DNA of 64,000 nucleotides. It comes from an uncultured virus (IMG/VR IMGVR_UViG_3300014004_000001) (lineage: Duplodnaviria > Heunggongvirae > Uroviricota > Caudoviricetes). The position numbers and the translations under genes were made by a program. A model generated the notes under the pieces. It saw only the letters and a program-made list of their open reading frames with translations. It was not told where the DNA came from and made no database searches. Location of the stretch: IMG/VR virus record IMGVR_UViG_3300014004_000001, positions 62,001 to 126,000 of that record; one strand, written 5' to 3'. Below, in pieces: positions 36,945-43,989 of the stretch (the first letter of the stretch is position 1; each line of letters opens with the position of its first letter).

Positions 36945-37130
36945 AACATTTTATTATGAATGGTGACTCCACCAACCCCCGTTCTCCACGAACGGTACTC
37001 TTCGAGCAATCTACCCTTGCAATCAAACGTTGTACACCGTTAGCTTGCTCATGCATATTTGCCTCATTCTCTGCCAACCATGATCAGTGGTAGGGTTCAA
37101 ATCACTTGAGCTAATTCATACTAAAATGTT
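36945..37130 (-). ncRNA. Multibranched ncRNA of about 185 nt in the tRNA-Arg trailer
   Basis: 16 of 17 positions paired in the closing stem; GAGCAA/TTGCTC, CCGTTC/GAACGG, AACCC/GGGTT. Confidence 0.6.
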
Positions 37131-37131
37131 C

Positions 37132-37206
37132 TGGTGTCTTTACAAGGAATCGAACCTTGACTAAGAGTTTAGAAGACTCCTGTGCTATCCATTACACCAT
37201 AAAGAC
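37132..37206 (-). tRNA. tRNA-Arg(TCT)
   Basis: GGAGT-CTTCTAA-ACTCT; CCA. Confidence 0.95.
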
Positions 37207-37208
37207 GT

Positions 37209-37283
37209 TGGTGGCCCTGGCTGGTTTCGATCCAGCTACCTATCGGTTATGAGCCGACTGCTCTCCCATTGAGCTACAGGGCC
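37209..37283 (-). tRNA. tRNA(CAT), probably Ile2 (lysidine type)
   Basis: GGCCCTG acceptor resembling ileX; GTCGG-CTCATAA-CCGAT; atypical T loop ATCGAAA. Confidence 0.85.
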
Positions 37284-37288
37284 GTAAA

Positions 37289-37481
37289 TGTGGTAACAGA
37301 GACGTTGAAAGTAGTAGAAGTACGCTACCACTTCTTGGACATTAGCCCAACATTCAGCGTAAATGTTCTTGAGCCGAAGCTTTTCCGTATGCTCGTTGGT
37401 AGCTAACCTCGGAGCAAGTAGCCTCTAACACACGCAATGTGCAAATCCATCTTAACAACAGTCAACGACCCTGTTACCACA
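37289..37481 (-). ncRNA. ncRNA of about 193 nt with a kissing-loop interaction, first unit of the cluster transcript
   Basis: 19 of 20 positions paired in the closing stem; loops GCTACC and GGTAGC are complementary. Confidence 0.65.
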
Positions 37482-37494
37482 CTTGATAAAGCGT

Positions 37495-37523
37495 ATCTTA
37501 ACAAAATAAGACACGCTTGTCAA
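37495..37523 (-). promoter_or_regulatory. Sigma70-like promoter heading the RNA cluster
   Basis: TTGACA-17-TAAGAT with extended -10 TG. Confidence 0.8.
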
Positions 37524-37540
37524 TACTTATTTCAAATATT

Positions 37541-37789
37541 TTAGGCGTAATCTTGAACCTCTTCAGAGCCACGTTTTTCAAGTAGTGCTATAACAAGTGC
37601 TTCAGCATTTTGCCAAGAGTTCTCCAGGTCCATTTGACGCATAAGAGCCAGGAAATCGATAACTTTAACGTCCTCGTTGATGACGATCCTAACACCGTCT
37701 TCACTCTCGGTAACATACTTCTCTGGGTTGAACATGAAGATTGCTCCACCTTCACCGTCAGTCAACACATGTTTTTCTACTAAAGACAT
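37541..37789 (-). CDS. Hypothetical protein
   Basis: GGAGGA RBS, 82 aa. Confidence 0.65.
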   Translation of the reverse strand: MSLVEKHVLTDGEGGAIFMFNPEKYVTESEDGVRIVINEDVKVIDFLALMRQMDLENSWQNAEALVIALLEKRGSEEVQDYA

Positions 37790-37800
37790 ATTGATTCCTC

Positions 37801-38016
37801 CTAATCGATTGTTTGTTCGTCCTCCATTACATTAGAAATGAGAACGTCTGTTATACCTTGATGCTGATAGACCCTTTCGGGGCTGTCGTCAAATGCCAAG
37901 CCTGTACATATCGAACAGAGATCTGACTCTTGAATAATTCCATTTTTATCACGTCTGGAATGGTTAGTCAAGTGTCTGTTACAAGCCCGACAACGAAAAT
38001 AAAAATTGTTTTGCAT
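37801..38016 (-). CDS. Small zinc-finger protein
   Basis: CRAC...CSIC; start reassigned to the ATG at 38016 (AAGGA RBS). Confidence 0.6.
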   Translation of the reverse strand: MQNNFYFRCRACNRHLTNHSRRDKNGIIQESDLCSICTGLAFDDSPERVYQHQGITDVLISNVMEDEQTID

Positions 38017-38065
38017 AAATCCTTCGAACCCCAAAATGGGGAGTAATCGGCATCTCCTCACTTTT

Positions 38066-38094
38066 AGTGTAGCACGAAGGTCATGTTAAGTCAA
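38066..38094 (-). promoter_or_regulatory. Sigma70-like promoter
   Basis: TTGACT-17-TACACT with extended -10 TG. Confidence 0.7.
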
Positions 38095-38282
38095 CTGGGA
38101 ATAATCTTATCACGTTTGGTTTCGTAACCTGTCCACTCAAGATCTCCCCAACCCTCATCACCATCCATCAAGTTATCTTCATCATCGTAAGATGAAATGT
38201 TGTAAATTGACTTCGGATTACATGACATACAATCTTTGATTGGGATGTGGTGCCACTTGCACGGATTCTCGCTGGTACTCAT
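38091..38282 (-). CDS. Hypothetical protein
   Basis: GAGGAG RBS; Cys/His cluster and acidic tail. Confidence 0.6.
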   Translation of the reverse strand: MSTSENPCKWHHIPIKDCMSCNPKSIYNISSYDDEDNLMDGDEGWGDLEWTGYETKRDKIIPS

Positions 38283-38316
38283 GTTGATCTCCTCTGTTAT
38301 CGTGTTCTTGGGATGA

Positions 38317-38346
38317 ACTCTAACATATGTAAGATCTAAAAGTCAA
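38317..38346 (-). promoter_or_regulatory. Sigma70-like promoter
   Basis: TTGACT-18-TAGAGT with extended -10 TG. Confidence 0.65.
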
Positions 38347-38530
38347 CTAATTCTTTTAACTACTAACTAATAATAATTATTTTCTTTTTTGTTAGTTAGT
38401 TTGTTGATCAGTATAGAGCAGATCTGTTACTATCTAACTGTCTTTAAGATCTTTAAAACCTAAGTCTTTTAGATCGAGCATATACTTAACCAATAAAAAC
38501 AAGACCTTAACTCGCTGCGCTCGTTAATAG
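38331..38530. other. Putative replication origin
   Basis: AT-rich non-coding region at the strand switch, five GATC sites, inverted repeats, pas-like ACTCGCTGCGCTCG. Confidence 0.45.
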
Positions 38531-38536
38531 GTTTTT

Positions 38537-38566
38537 AGGGTATCACATTTCGATAATCAAAGTCAA
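38537..38566 (-). promoter_or_regulatory. Leftward promoter firing into the origin-like region
   Basis: TTGACT-18-TACCCT with extended -10 TG. Confidence 0.55.
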
Positions 38567-38599
38567 GACAATTTTCAAACTATTTTTCATTGTGCAAAG

Positions 38600-38628
38600 C
38601 TTGTGTTCTTTGGTGTATGTGCTATAGT
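38600..38628 (+). promoter_or_regulatory. Rightward extended -10 promoter
   Basis: TG-C-TATAGT; weak -35. Confidence 0.6.
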
Positions 38629-38658
38629 GAATAAACTTAAACAAGAGAGGAGATATAA

Positions 38659-38871
38659 ATGAGTATTGCTAAGACAGCCAAACAACGTATGAAAGAAGGT
38701 ATCAACCTAACACCACGACCTAAGCCTGGAGGTCACTATGTAACACATGCAAAAACTTACTGGGTTGATCAGATAGTCGGTAGTCGTGAAGTAGACAGTC
38801 CAAAAGAGTTCGACCGCCTGTGTTATGGGTACAGCGATATGGAAGACTTCATAGATCGCATTGTGGATTGA
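38659..38871 (+). CDS. Hypothetical protein
   Basis: GAGGAG RBS. Confidence 0.65.
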   Translation: MSIAKTAKQRMKEGINLTPRPKPGGHYVTHAKTYWVDQIVGSREVDSPKEFDRLCYGYSDMEDFIDRIVD

Positions 38872-38943
38872 TTAAGGTGCGAGGTAAGGCGATTTATCGT
38901 CTTCATTTAAATAGAGCGTCAGAGACGCATTTAGGAGGGTAGA

Positions 38944-39267
38944 ATGAGATTTACAGAGTATATTAAGTGTCGCTTAGAAGAGGGTGTCGAGATATTTGCT
39001 TTTTATGAGGGTAGTGTGTTCTGTTCTTCTTATGATGCACAGGACATTCCAGCGGAGTGGAAACAGCTTGCCTTCCTGTTGAGCAAGTGTGTATCTTACG
39101 AGGACTTCGAGTACATCGATTGGTCTGGTGGTAAGCAAATCAAGATTGTCGGATTAAATCATGATCAGGTTGTTGACATTGATTGTAAGCTGTGTCAATA
39201 TCAGTTCTCAAACAAAATTAAACTTGAAAGACAATTGGAGGTAGCTAAAGATGATAGCACTAATTAG
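38944..39267 (+). CDS. Hypothetical protein
   Basis: AGGAGG RBS. Confidence 0.65.
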   Translation: MRFTEYIKCRLEEGVEIFAFYEGSVFCSSYDAQDIPAEWKQLAFLLSKCVSYEDFEYIDWSGGKQIKIVGLNHDQVVDIDCKLCQYQFSNKIKLERQLEVAKDDSTN

Positions 39268-39367
39268 TGAGCACCCAGTCCTGGCAACAATTGTTCTGAT
39301 TTTCGCCATTGCTGTAATTCACGATGTTCTGGTAAGCTATTTTGACAACAAAGGAGGTAAGAAATGA
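39251..39367 (+). CDS. Small membrane protein (38 aa)
   Basis: GGAGG RBS; MIALISEHPVLATIVLIFAIAVIHD...; not in ORF track. Confidence 0.6.
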   Translation: MIALISEHPVLATIVLIFAIAVIHDVLVSYFDNKGGKK

Positions 39368-39558
39368 AAGACGTTATTCAAATGATTTTCCGTGTCACCC
39401 TGGATGATAATCATGTTGTTAAAGGCACCCAGAACTACACAGAAGCGAAAGAACATTTCCTGGAATGGATTGAGACGTTGAAGACACAAAACGTTTCCTA
39501 CAACCGTGTGACGCTCACTGGCGACCATATGCCGATCATGGAGTACACAAAGAAATGA
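39364..39558 (+). CDS. Hypothetical protein
   Basis: AGGAGG RBS; ATGA coupling. Confidence 0.65.
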   Translation: MKDVIQMIFRVTLDDNHVVKGTQNYTEAKEHFLEWIETLKTQNVSYNRVTLTGDHMPIMEYTKK

Positions 39559-39794
39559 GCAACTATCCAGTAACAGGCGTAACCTACTCCTGCGTAGGTA
39601 AAGGTGGTTTGTATTCGGTGGTGGAGTTTCCAAAACCTGCCGGAGTGTCTAAAGTATTTGATCCTATCGTGATCTACGAAGACCTTCGAACAGGAACACA
39701 TTACTGGCGATTCCAGGGTGATTTTTTAGATCGTATGGAGGTAGTGAATGGCGACAACACCGAAGAAGTCATCAAAAACAAAAGCCGCTACTAA
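39555..39794 (+). CDS. DUF1653-like protein
   Basis: KGGLYSVV...IVIYEDL...YWR...FLDR. Confidence 0.55.
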   Translation: MSNYPVTGVTYSCVGKGGLYSVVEFPKPAGVSKVFDPIVIYEDLRTGTHYWRFQGDFLDRMEVVNGDNTEEVIKNKSRY

Positions 39795-40107
39795 GAAAGC
39801 ACCCAAGAAGAATGAAGTTCTGAAGGTTGCTAAATCCGTCCCTAAGAAGGACAAGTTTGATACGGAGGCATTCGTCTTTGACACAGCTATCGAGAAGATT
39901 GAAGAAGCGTTGCAGCGTCTTGAGGAGCAGGAGGCAGACCCAATGGCTGAACCACTCACCCAAGATCAACTCTACTGGTGGGGAGTATGGACCTTGCAAA
40001 TGCCAGACGCAAAAAGACGAGGAATGACTTCAGTTCCTACTTGTGCAAAAGAAGCTGCTGTGTTAGGCTTATACGAGAAATCCAAGAAAGGGGGTAAAAA
40101 GAAATGA
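39748..40107 (+). CDS. Hypothetical protein with a Lys-rich N-terminus
   Basis: GGAGG RBS. Confidence 0.65.
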   Translation: MATTPKKSSKTKAATKKAPKKNEVLKVAKSVPKKDKFDTEAFVFDTAIEKIEEALQRLEEQEADPMAEPLTQDQLYWWGVWTLQMPDAKRRGMTSVPTCAKEAAVLGLYEKSKKGGKKK

Positions 40108-40385
40108 CCAAGACTTTCCTGAAGTGTGTAAAAGCAAAAGAGAACGAATGGTACTCTGGACTCTTTACTGTAGGCAAGAAGTACGAGATCCTCAACGGGA
40201 CAGGTAAGAAGTTTTCTCTTGTTGTAAACGACGAAGGTGCGGAGCAAATGGTATTTGCTGAAAGCTCGGTCTACGGTATCTTTGAAGTGGTGCAAGAAGG
40301 TTCTCCATTAGTCCTGGAATATCTCGGCACTAATCAACCATATACTGCCCTGGATGTTATCAACAACAAGAAGGATGCAAAATGA
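40104..40385 (+). CDS. Hypothetical protein (SH3-like)
   Basis: LKCVK...FTVGKKYEI; ATGA coupling. Confidence 0.65.
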   Translation: MTKTFLKCVKAKENEWYSGLFTVGKKYEILNGTGKKFSLVVNDEGAEQMVFAESSVYGIFEVVQEGSPLVLEYLGTNQPYTALDVINNKKDAK

Positions 40386-40564
40386 TTCTGCTTTATTCCG
40401 GTAAGGCAAAATACATGCAAGGTGTTAAGCGTGTAGAGGTTACTAAAACGGTTACAATTGGAAAGTCTTTCGTGGTATACTGCTTCCTTGTTAACGGAAC
40501 AGAGTATGCTGTTGCAAAGACTTTGGTTGATAATGGTAAAACTTGGAAAGTGGAGGCACTATGA
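40382..40564 (+). CDS. Hypothetical protein
   Basis: ATGA coupling. Confidence 0.55.
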   Translation: MILLYSGKAKYMQGVKRVEVTKTVTIGKSFVVYCFLVNGTEYAVAKTLVDNGKTWKVEAL

Positions 40565-40758
40565 TCAGTGTGGCTGGATGGGTTGTACTGGCAACCCTCA
40601 ACGGGAATGTCACCGTGGAGACTAAAACAGTCTTCAAAGCACCAGAAGATTGTTATAACTCTCTGGTGGCATGGCCTCGTGATGAGGGTGATAAAGCAGA
40701 GTATCAGTGTTTTTACATTGAAGCTCAACCTGTTGAATTTGAGGTTAAAGTGAAATGA
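40561..40758 (+). CDS. Hypothetical protein
   Basis: GGAGG RBS before the ATG at 40561. Confidence 0.55.
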   Translation: MISVAGWVVLATLNGNVTVETKTVFKAPEDCYNSLVAWPRDEGDKAEYQCFYIEAQPVEFEVKVK

Positions 40759-41240
40759 AAATAAAAATTACTAAAGCAGAGGTAGATAATCCACAATTCT
40801 TTTCTTTGAATAAAAGCTACGATATTAAAAACGGAGACGAGTTTGATGTTGTAGATATTGTAACAGAGTCTGATGGTGTAGACATTGGATATATGATTGT
40901 TCCGCCTTGTGGTGGTAGTCCTATTATCGTATTGCGTGACGAAGCTGTAGAGGTACGTTCCGATGAACCTCAATATGACAGTCCGTACATGTCAGAGTGG
41001 GTCGTGGCTGTAGATGTTGGAGGTATGGTTTCTGTACTGAAAGCTCCTAATCTCCACCATGGCTTCACAGAGAACGGTAAGACAGCTTTGGATTACGGGT
41101 TGCCGGAAGATGTTGACAATACACCGCCAGGCATGTATCGTTGGATCTGCTCTTTCCACGAAGAGAAGGATTGGGAATCAGGTCTTGTGGATGATTGGCA
41201 TTTCAAAGTGGAGAGTTCTTTTTTAATCATGCCAGCTTAG
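40755..41240 (+). CDS. Hypothetical protein
   Basis: GAGGT RBS, 161 aa. Confidence 0.65.
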   Translation: MKIKITKAEVDNPQFFSLNKSYDIKNGDEFDVVDIVTESDGVDIGYMIVPPCGGSPIIVLRDEAVEVRSDEPQYDSPYMSEWVVAVDVGGMVSVLKAPNLHHGFTENGKTALDYGLPEDVDNTPPGMYRWICSFHEEKDWESGLVDDWHFKVESSFLIMPA

Positions 41241-41250
41241 AGGAGGTTAT

Positions 41251-41595
41251 ATGAAAGTTTGGATAGATGATATGCGTAACCCAGCCGACTACGGACAGGA
41301 AGATGCAATTTGGTTTAAAACGTCACAAGAAGCTATGGAGTTTCTCAATGACCCTGCTAAACTGTATCGAAGAGTAACCGAGTGGTCCTTTGACAATGAC
41401 TTAGGTATGCAGTCAGACCAAGATGGGTATGACGTTTTCCTGCACCTGGAAGAACTCCTGGCGTTTGGTAAACCTTGCTTTGGTTCGCCTATCATCTTCG
41501 TGCATACTTCTAATCCCGCCGCTGGGGATAAATTCATGCTTGCAAAAGAATCCATGCTGCGTTATGGTATTCAAATGAAGCGTGTTCATTATTAA
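41251..41595 (+). CDS. Cyclic-phosphate-processing receiver domain protein
   Basis: WIDDMRNP, SFDNDLG, DGYDV and VHTSNPAA motifs. Confidence 0.75.
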   Translation: MKVWIDDMRNPADYGQEDAIWFKTSQEAMEFLNDPAKLYRRVTEWSFDNDLGMQSDQDGYDVFLHLEELLAFGKPCFGSPIIFVHTSNPAAGDKFMLAKESMLRYGIQMKRVHY

Positions 41596-41604
41596 GGAGG
41601 TGTT

Positions 41605-41739
41605 ATGCTTTATGTTATTTGGGTAGATGAAGGGGATGGGTTTTATGTATACAAACACACTAACCATTGGCCCGATGTAGAAAAAGCACTTGCAACTTTT
41701 GAAGATTGCTTTTACGATATACATACAGACGAAGAGTAA
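41605..41739 (+). CDS. Small hypothetical protein (44 aa)
   Basis: AAGGAGG RBS; not in ORF track. Confidence 0.55.
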   Translation: MLYVIWVDEGDGFYVYKHTNHWPDVEKALATFEDCFYDIHTDEE

Positions 41740-41750
41740 GGAGAAACCTA

Positions 41751-42107
41751 ATGAGCAGTCTTGATCATAACATTTGTTACCAACCTCTCACCTGGATTGG
41801 TGAGGGTCATTATGCGCAACGTGTTATCGTCTGTGCTGCGAATAAGTATATTCTGAATAATGGTGAAGAGTTAATTATCCCTTGCGTTCGACATGCAAAT
41901 CCTGTACTATATGCACAGTTAAGCGTGTTGAAAGAAGCAGGTGTGATCAGCAAAACTTTGTGCACGCCAGATAATCAAGGCTTTATCGATCAGTATTACA
42001 ATTGGTGGAGTCGTGAGGATGCTTACATCATCGCGGAAAATGCTGACCAGATTGACCATGATCGTAATGGTCACGACCATGAACTATTTAGCGAGGGATT
42101 ATACTAA
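41751..42107 (+). CDS. Phage protein
   Basis: IVCAA...RH...QGFIDQY...SREDA...LFSEGLY; start at 41751 (AAGGAG RBS). Confidence 0.7.
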   Translation: MSSLDHNICYQPLTWIGEGHYAQRVIVCAANKYILNNGEELIIPCVRHANPVLYAQLSVLKEAGVISKTLCTPDNQGFIDQYYNWWSREDAYIIAENADQIDHDRNGHDHELFSEGLY

Positions 42108-42652
42108 TGTTTATTACAAGCGATTTGCATTTTATGCATAAACGTATTCGAGAGTTTGCTCCTGAATATCGTCCGTGGGAAGATATGGACCACATGACAG
42201 AAGCCCTGATTGAAGCATGGAACAAATGTGCTACTACTCCTGGTGTTAAGATGTGGCATTTGGGCGACTTCTGTTTCGGGACTGAAGAAGATACCCGTAA
42301 GATTGCTTCCCGTCTGCAAGGGGATATCACTTATCTTGTTGGGAACCATGATTACAGCAAGCACCGAGAAGTGCTCGCAGAGTATGGTGAAGTGGTGTAT
42401 TATGACGAAGTGAAATACCAGAAGTTGTTCTTCGTCTTAAGTCATTACCCTATTGCCTCCTGGAACAAACAGGGTCGCGGTAGCATAATGCTCCACGGAC
42501 ATTCTCACGGATCTTTCCCTGATGAAGCCTACGGTAAGATGCTTGACGTTGGTTGGGATGCACATGGCAAGATCCTGCACTTTGATGAAGTTATTGAAAT
42601 GATGGAAAAACGTGAAGTTATCACTGTTGATCATCACAAAATTATCCGATAA
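42107..42652 (+). CDS. Calcineurin-like metallophosphoesterase
   Basis: SDLHF, HLGDF, GNHD, HGHSH. Confidence 0.9.
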   Translation: MFITSDLHFMHKRIREFAPEYRPWEDMDHMTEALIEAWNKCATTPGVKMWHLGDFCFGTEEDTRKIASRLQGDITYLVGNHDYSKHREVLAEYGEVVYYDEVKYQKLFFVLSHYPIASWNKQGRGSIMLHGHSHGSFPDEAYGKMLDVGWDAHGKILHFDEVIEMMEKREVITVDHHKIIR

Positions 42653-42663
42653 GGGGAGCACTA

Positions 42664-43002
42664 ATGGAAAAAATTAGAATTGATGTTTTTGATGCAAACA
42701 TTTGGGTTTACTTCAGTCTGGAAGAATATCTGGAAGACTTCCCTCACCGTAAAACTAAAAATTTTTCGGTAACAAAAGCGTTTGCGACAGTTGAAAGTGT
42801 AGGTCCGTGTATGTTATACATTGCAGAACCGACACCCGAACTCGTGACACACGAAGCGATTCACACCGCGTGGGATATTCTTGACCATGTGGGTGTTAAG
42901 GTTTATTACGAAAATCATGAGGCATTAGCCTACATCACAGAGTACATTGTTGCTGAAACTTTGAAACTATGGTCAAACAGAAATGTTGGTGAAGGCATTT
43001 AA
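42664..43002 (+). CDS. HEXXH metallopeptidase-like protein
   Basis: VTHEAIH...EALAY. Confidence 0.6.
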   Translation: MEKIRIDVFDANIWVYFSLEEYLEDFPHRKTKNFSVTKAFATVESVGPCMLYIAEPTPELVTHEAIHTAWDILDHVGVKVYYENHEALAYITEYIVAETLKLWSNRNVGEGI

Positions 43003-43016
43003 CCAAAGGAGGAACA

Positions 43017-43343
43017 ATGCAAATTTACACAGATGGTCGTAAGTACGAAACGATTCTTGATGAAGATACTGGGCGAATCACAATCTTGCGCCACGGGGAA
43101 GAGTGGCGAGATGAAACTGGGGATAACTATATCTTATCTCTGATTCATCTTGTTGAACAGATGCGTGACGACTACACCGAACTTCATTACGAAAATGAAT
43201 TGAATAAGGTGAAGTTTGAAAACGAGATCGAAGAGAAAAACTTTGAAATCGTATACCTTAAAGAGGAAAATCTTCGTCTTGAAGAAGAGATTGATGCTCT
43301 TCAGGAAGAGATTTACGAACTCAACAACGAACTGAATGCTTAA
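43017..43343 (+). CDS. Hypothetical coiled-coil protein
   Basis: AGGAGG RBS; acidic heptads. Confidence 0.65.
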   Translation: MQIYTDGRKYETILDEDTGRITILRHGEEWRDETGDNYILSLIHLVEQMRDDYTELHYENELNKVKFENEIEEKNFEIVYLKEENLRLEEEIDALQEEIYELNNELNA

Positions 43344-43352
43344 GGAGGGATT

Positions 43353-43541
43353 ATGAAGAAAGATATCATTGTGCCTTGGTTAGAATGTCCTTGCGGCAGC
43401 AACGAGATTTCTGTGAACACAAAAGGGGACGAAAACTATGTATTCTACAACGATAAAATTACTTGCCTTTCTTGTGGACGTACTGGTACTATAGAAACCG
43501 ATGACTGCTGTGCTTTTGAATCTTGGGATGAAGAGGAATGA
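43353..43541 (+). CDS. Zinc-ribbon protein
   Basis: CPCG...CLSCG. Confidence 0.65.
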   Translation: MKKDIIVPWLECPCGSNEISVNTKGDENYVFYNDKITCLSCGRTGTIETDDCCAFESWDEEE

Positions 43542-43765
43542 GTACTGCATTTTATGTACGTAACAAGGATGAAGATTTCCTTGCTTCTTTCGACGATGAT
43601 TGTGATCTTGAAGAAATGTATCAAGACATGTTGGACTACGCCAAAGGACAAGGCTTTACGAGTGTTGATCATATGTTAGCAACTTCAACCATAATCTTGG
43701 ATCAAGATTTGGATGAGATCTGCAATCGATTAAAAATTGCATTATTTACTTGGGACGAAACATAA
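43538..43765 (+). CDS. Hypothetical protein
   Basis: ATGA coupling. Confidence 0.6.
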   Translation: MSTAFYVRNKDEDFLASFDDDCDLEEMYQDMLDYAKGQGFTSVDHMLATSTIILDQDLDEICNRLKIALFTWDET

Positions 43766-43989
43766 TGGCAACAACATTCTATTTTGAAGGTAGTGAGAAA
43801 AAGACTTCCATTACCTTTCAAAAGGGTACACCAGCAGAAGATTTCTTATGGATGATAATCGATCATCTGAAAAGCGAAGGTATACATCAGATAGACGAGT
43901 ATTTTGCAGAGTCTTCGGACTGGCAAAACGTTGTTATGGAAGATGTTATTTTCGAACTACACCATATTATTACGGAGGAAGGAATTTGA
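43765..43989 (+). CDS. Hypothetical protein
   Basis: TAATG coupling. Confidence 0.55.
   Translation: MATTFYFEGSEKKTSITFQKGTPAEDFLWMIIDHLKSEGIHQIDEYFAESSDWQNVVMEDVIFELHHIITEEGI

Noticed and set aside
35113..37093. ORF-track ORFs across the tRNA cluster (5' extension to 35340; 35349-35597, 35718-35921, 35972-36247, 36376-36591, 36776-37093)
   Set aside because: They overlap clear tRNA genes or structured RNAs and lack ribosome-binding sites.
37060..37098. CptI-like antitoxin mimic (TACCACTGATC...)
   Set aside because: Stem 1 has a mismatch, stem 2 is only 4 bp, and my recall of CptI is not reliable enough to support the call.
35113..37481. Self-cleaving ribozyme (hammerhead, HDV/theta, pistol, twister) or tmRNA in the spacers
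   Set aside because: I found no CTGANGA/GAAA core, no HDV nested double pseudoknot, no pistol P2 layout and no tmRNA tRNA-like domain with a tag frame by eye; a covariance-model search is still warranted.
38885..38930. REP-like element (TAAGGCGATTTATCGTC; GCGTC-AGA-GACGC)
   Set aside because: Short single-copy hairpins lacking the GTAG/GCCGGAT REP ends.
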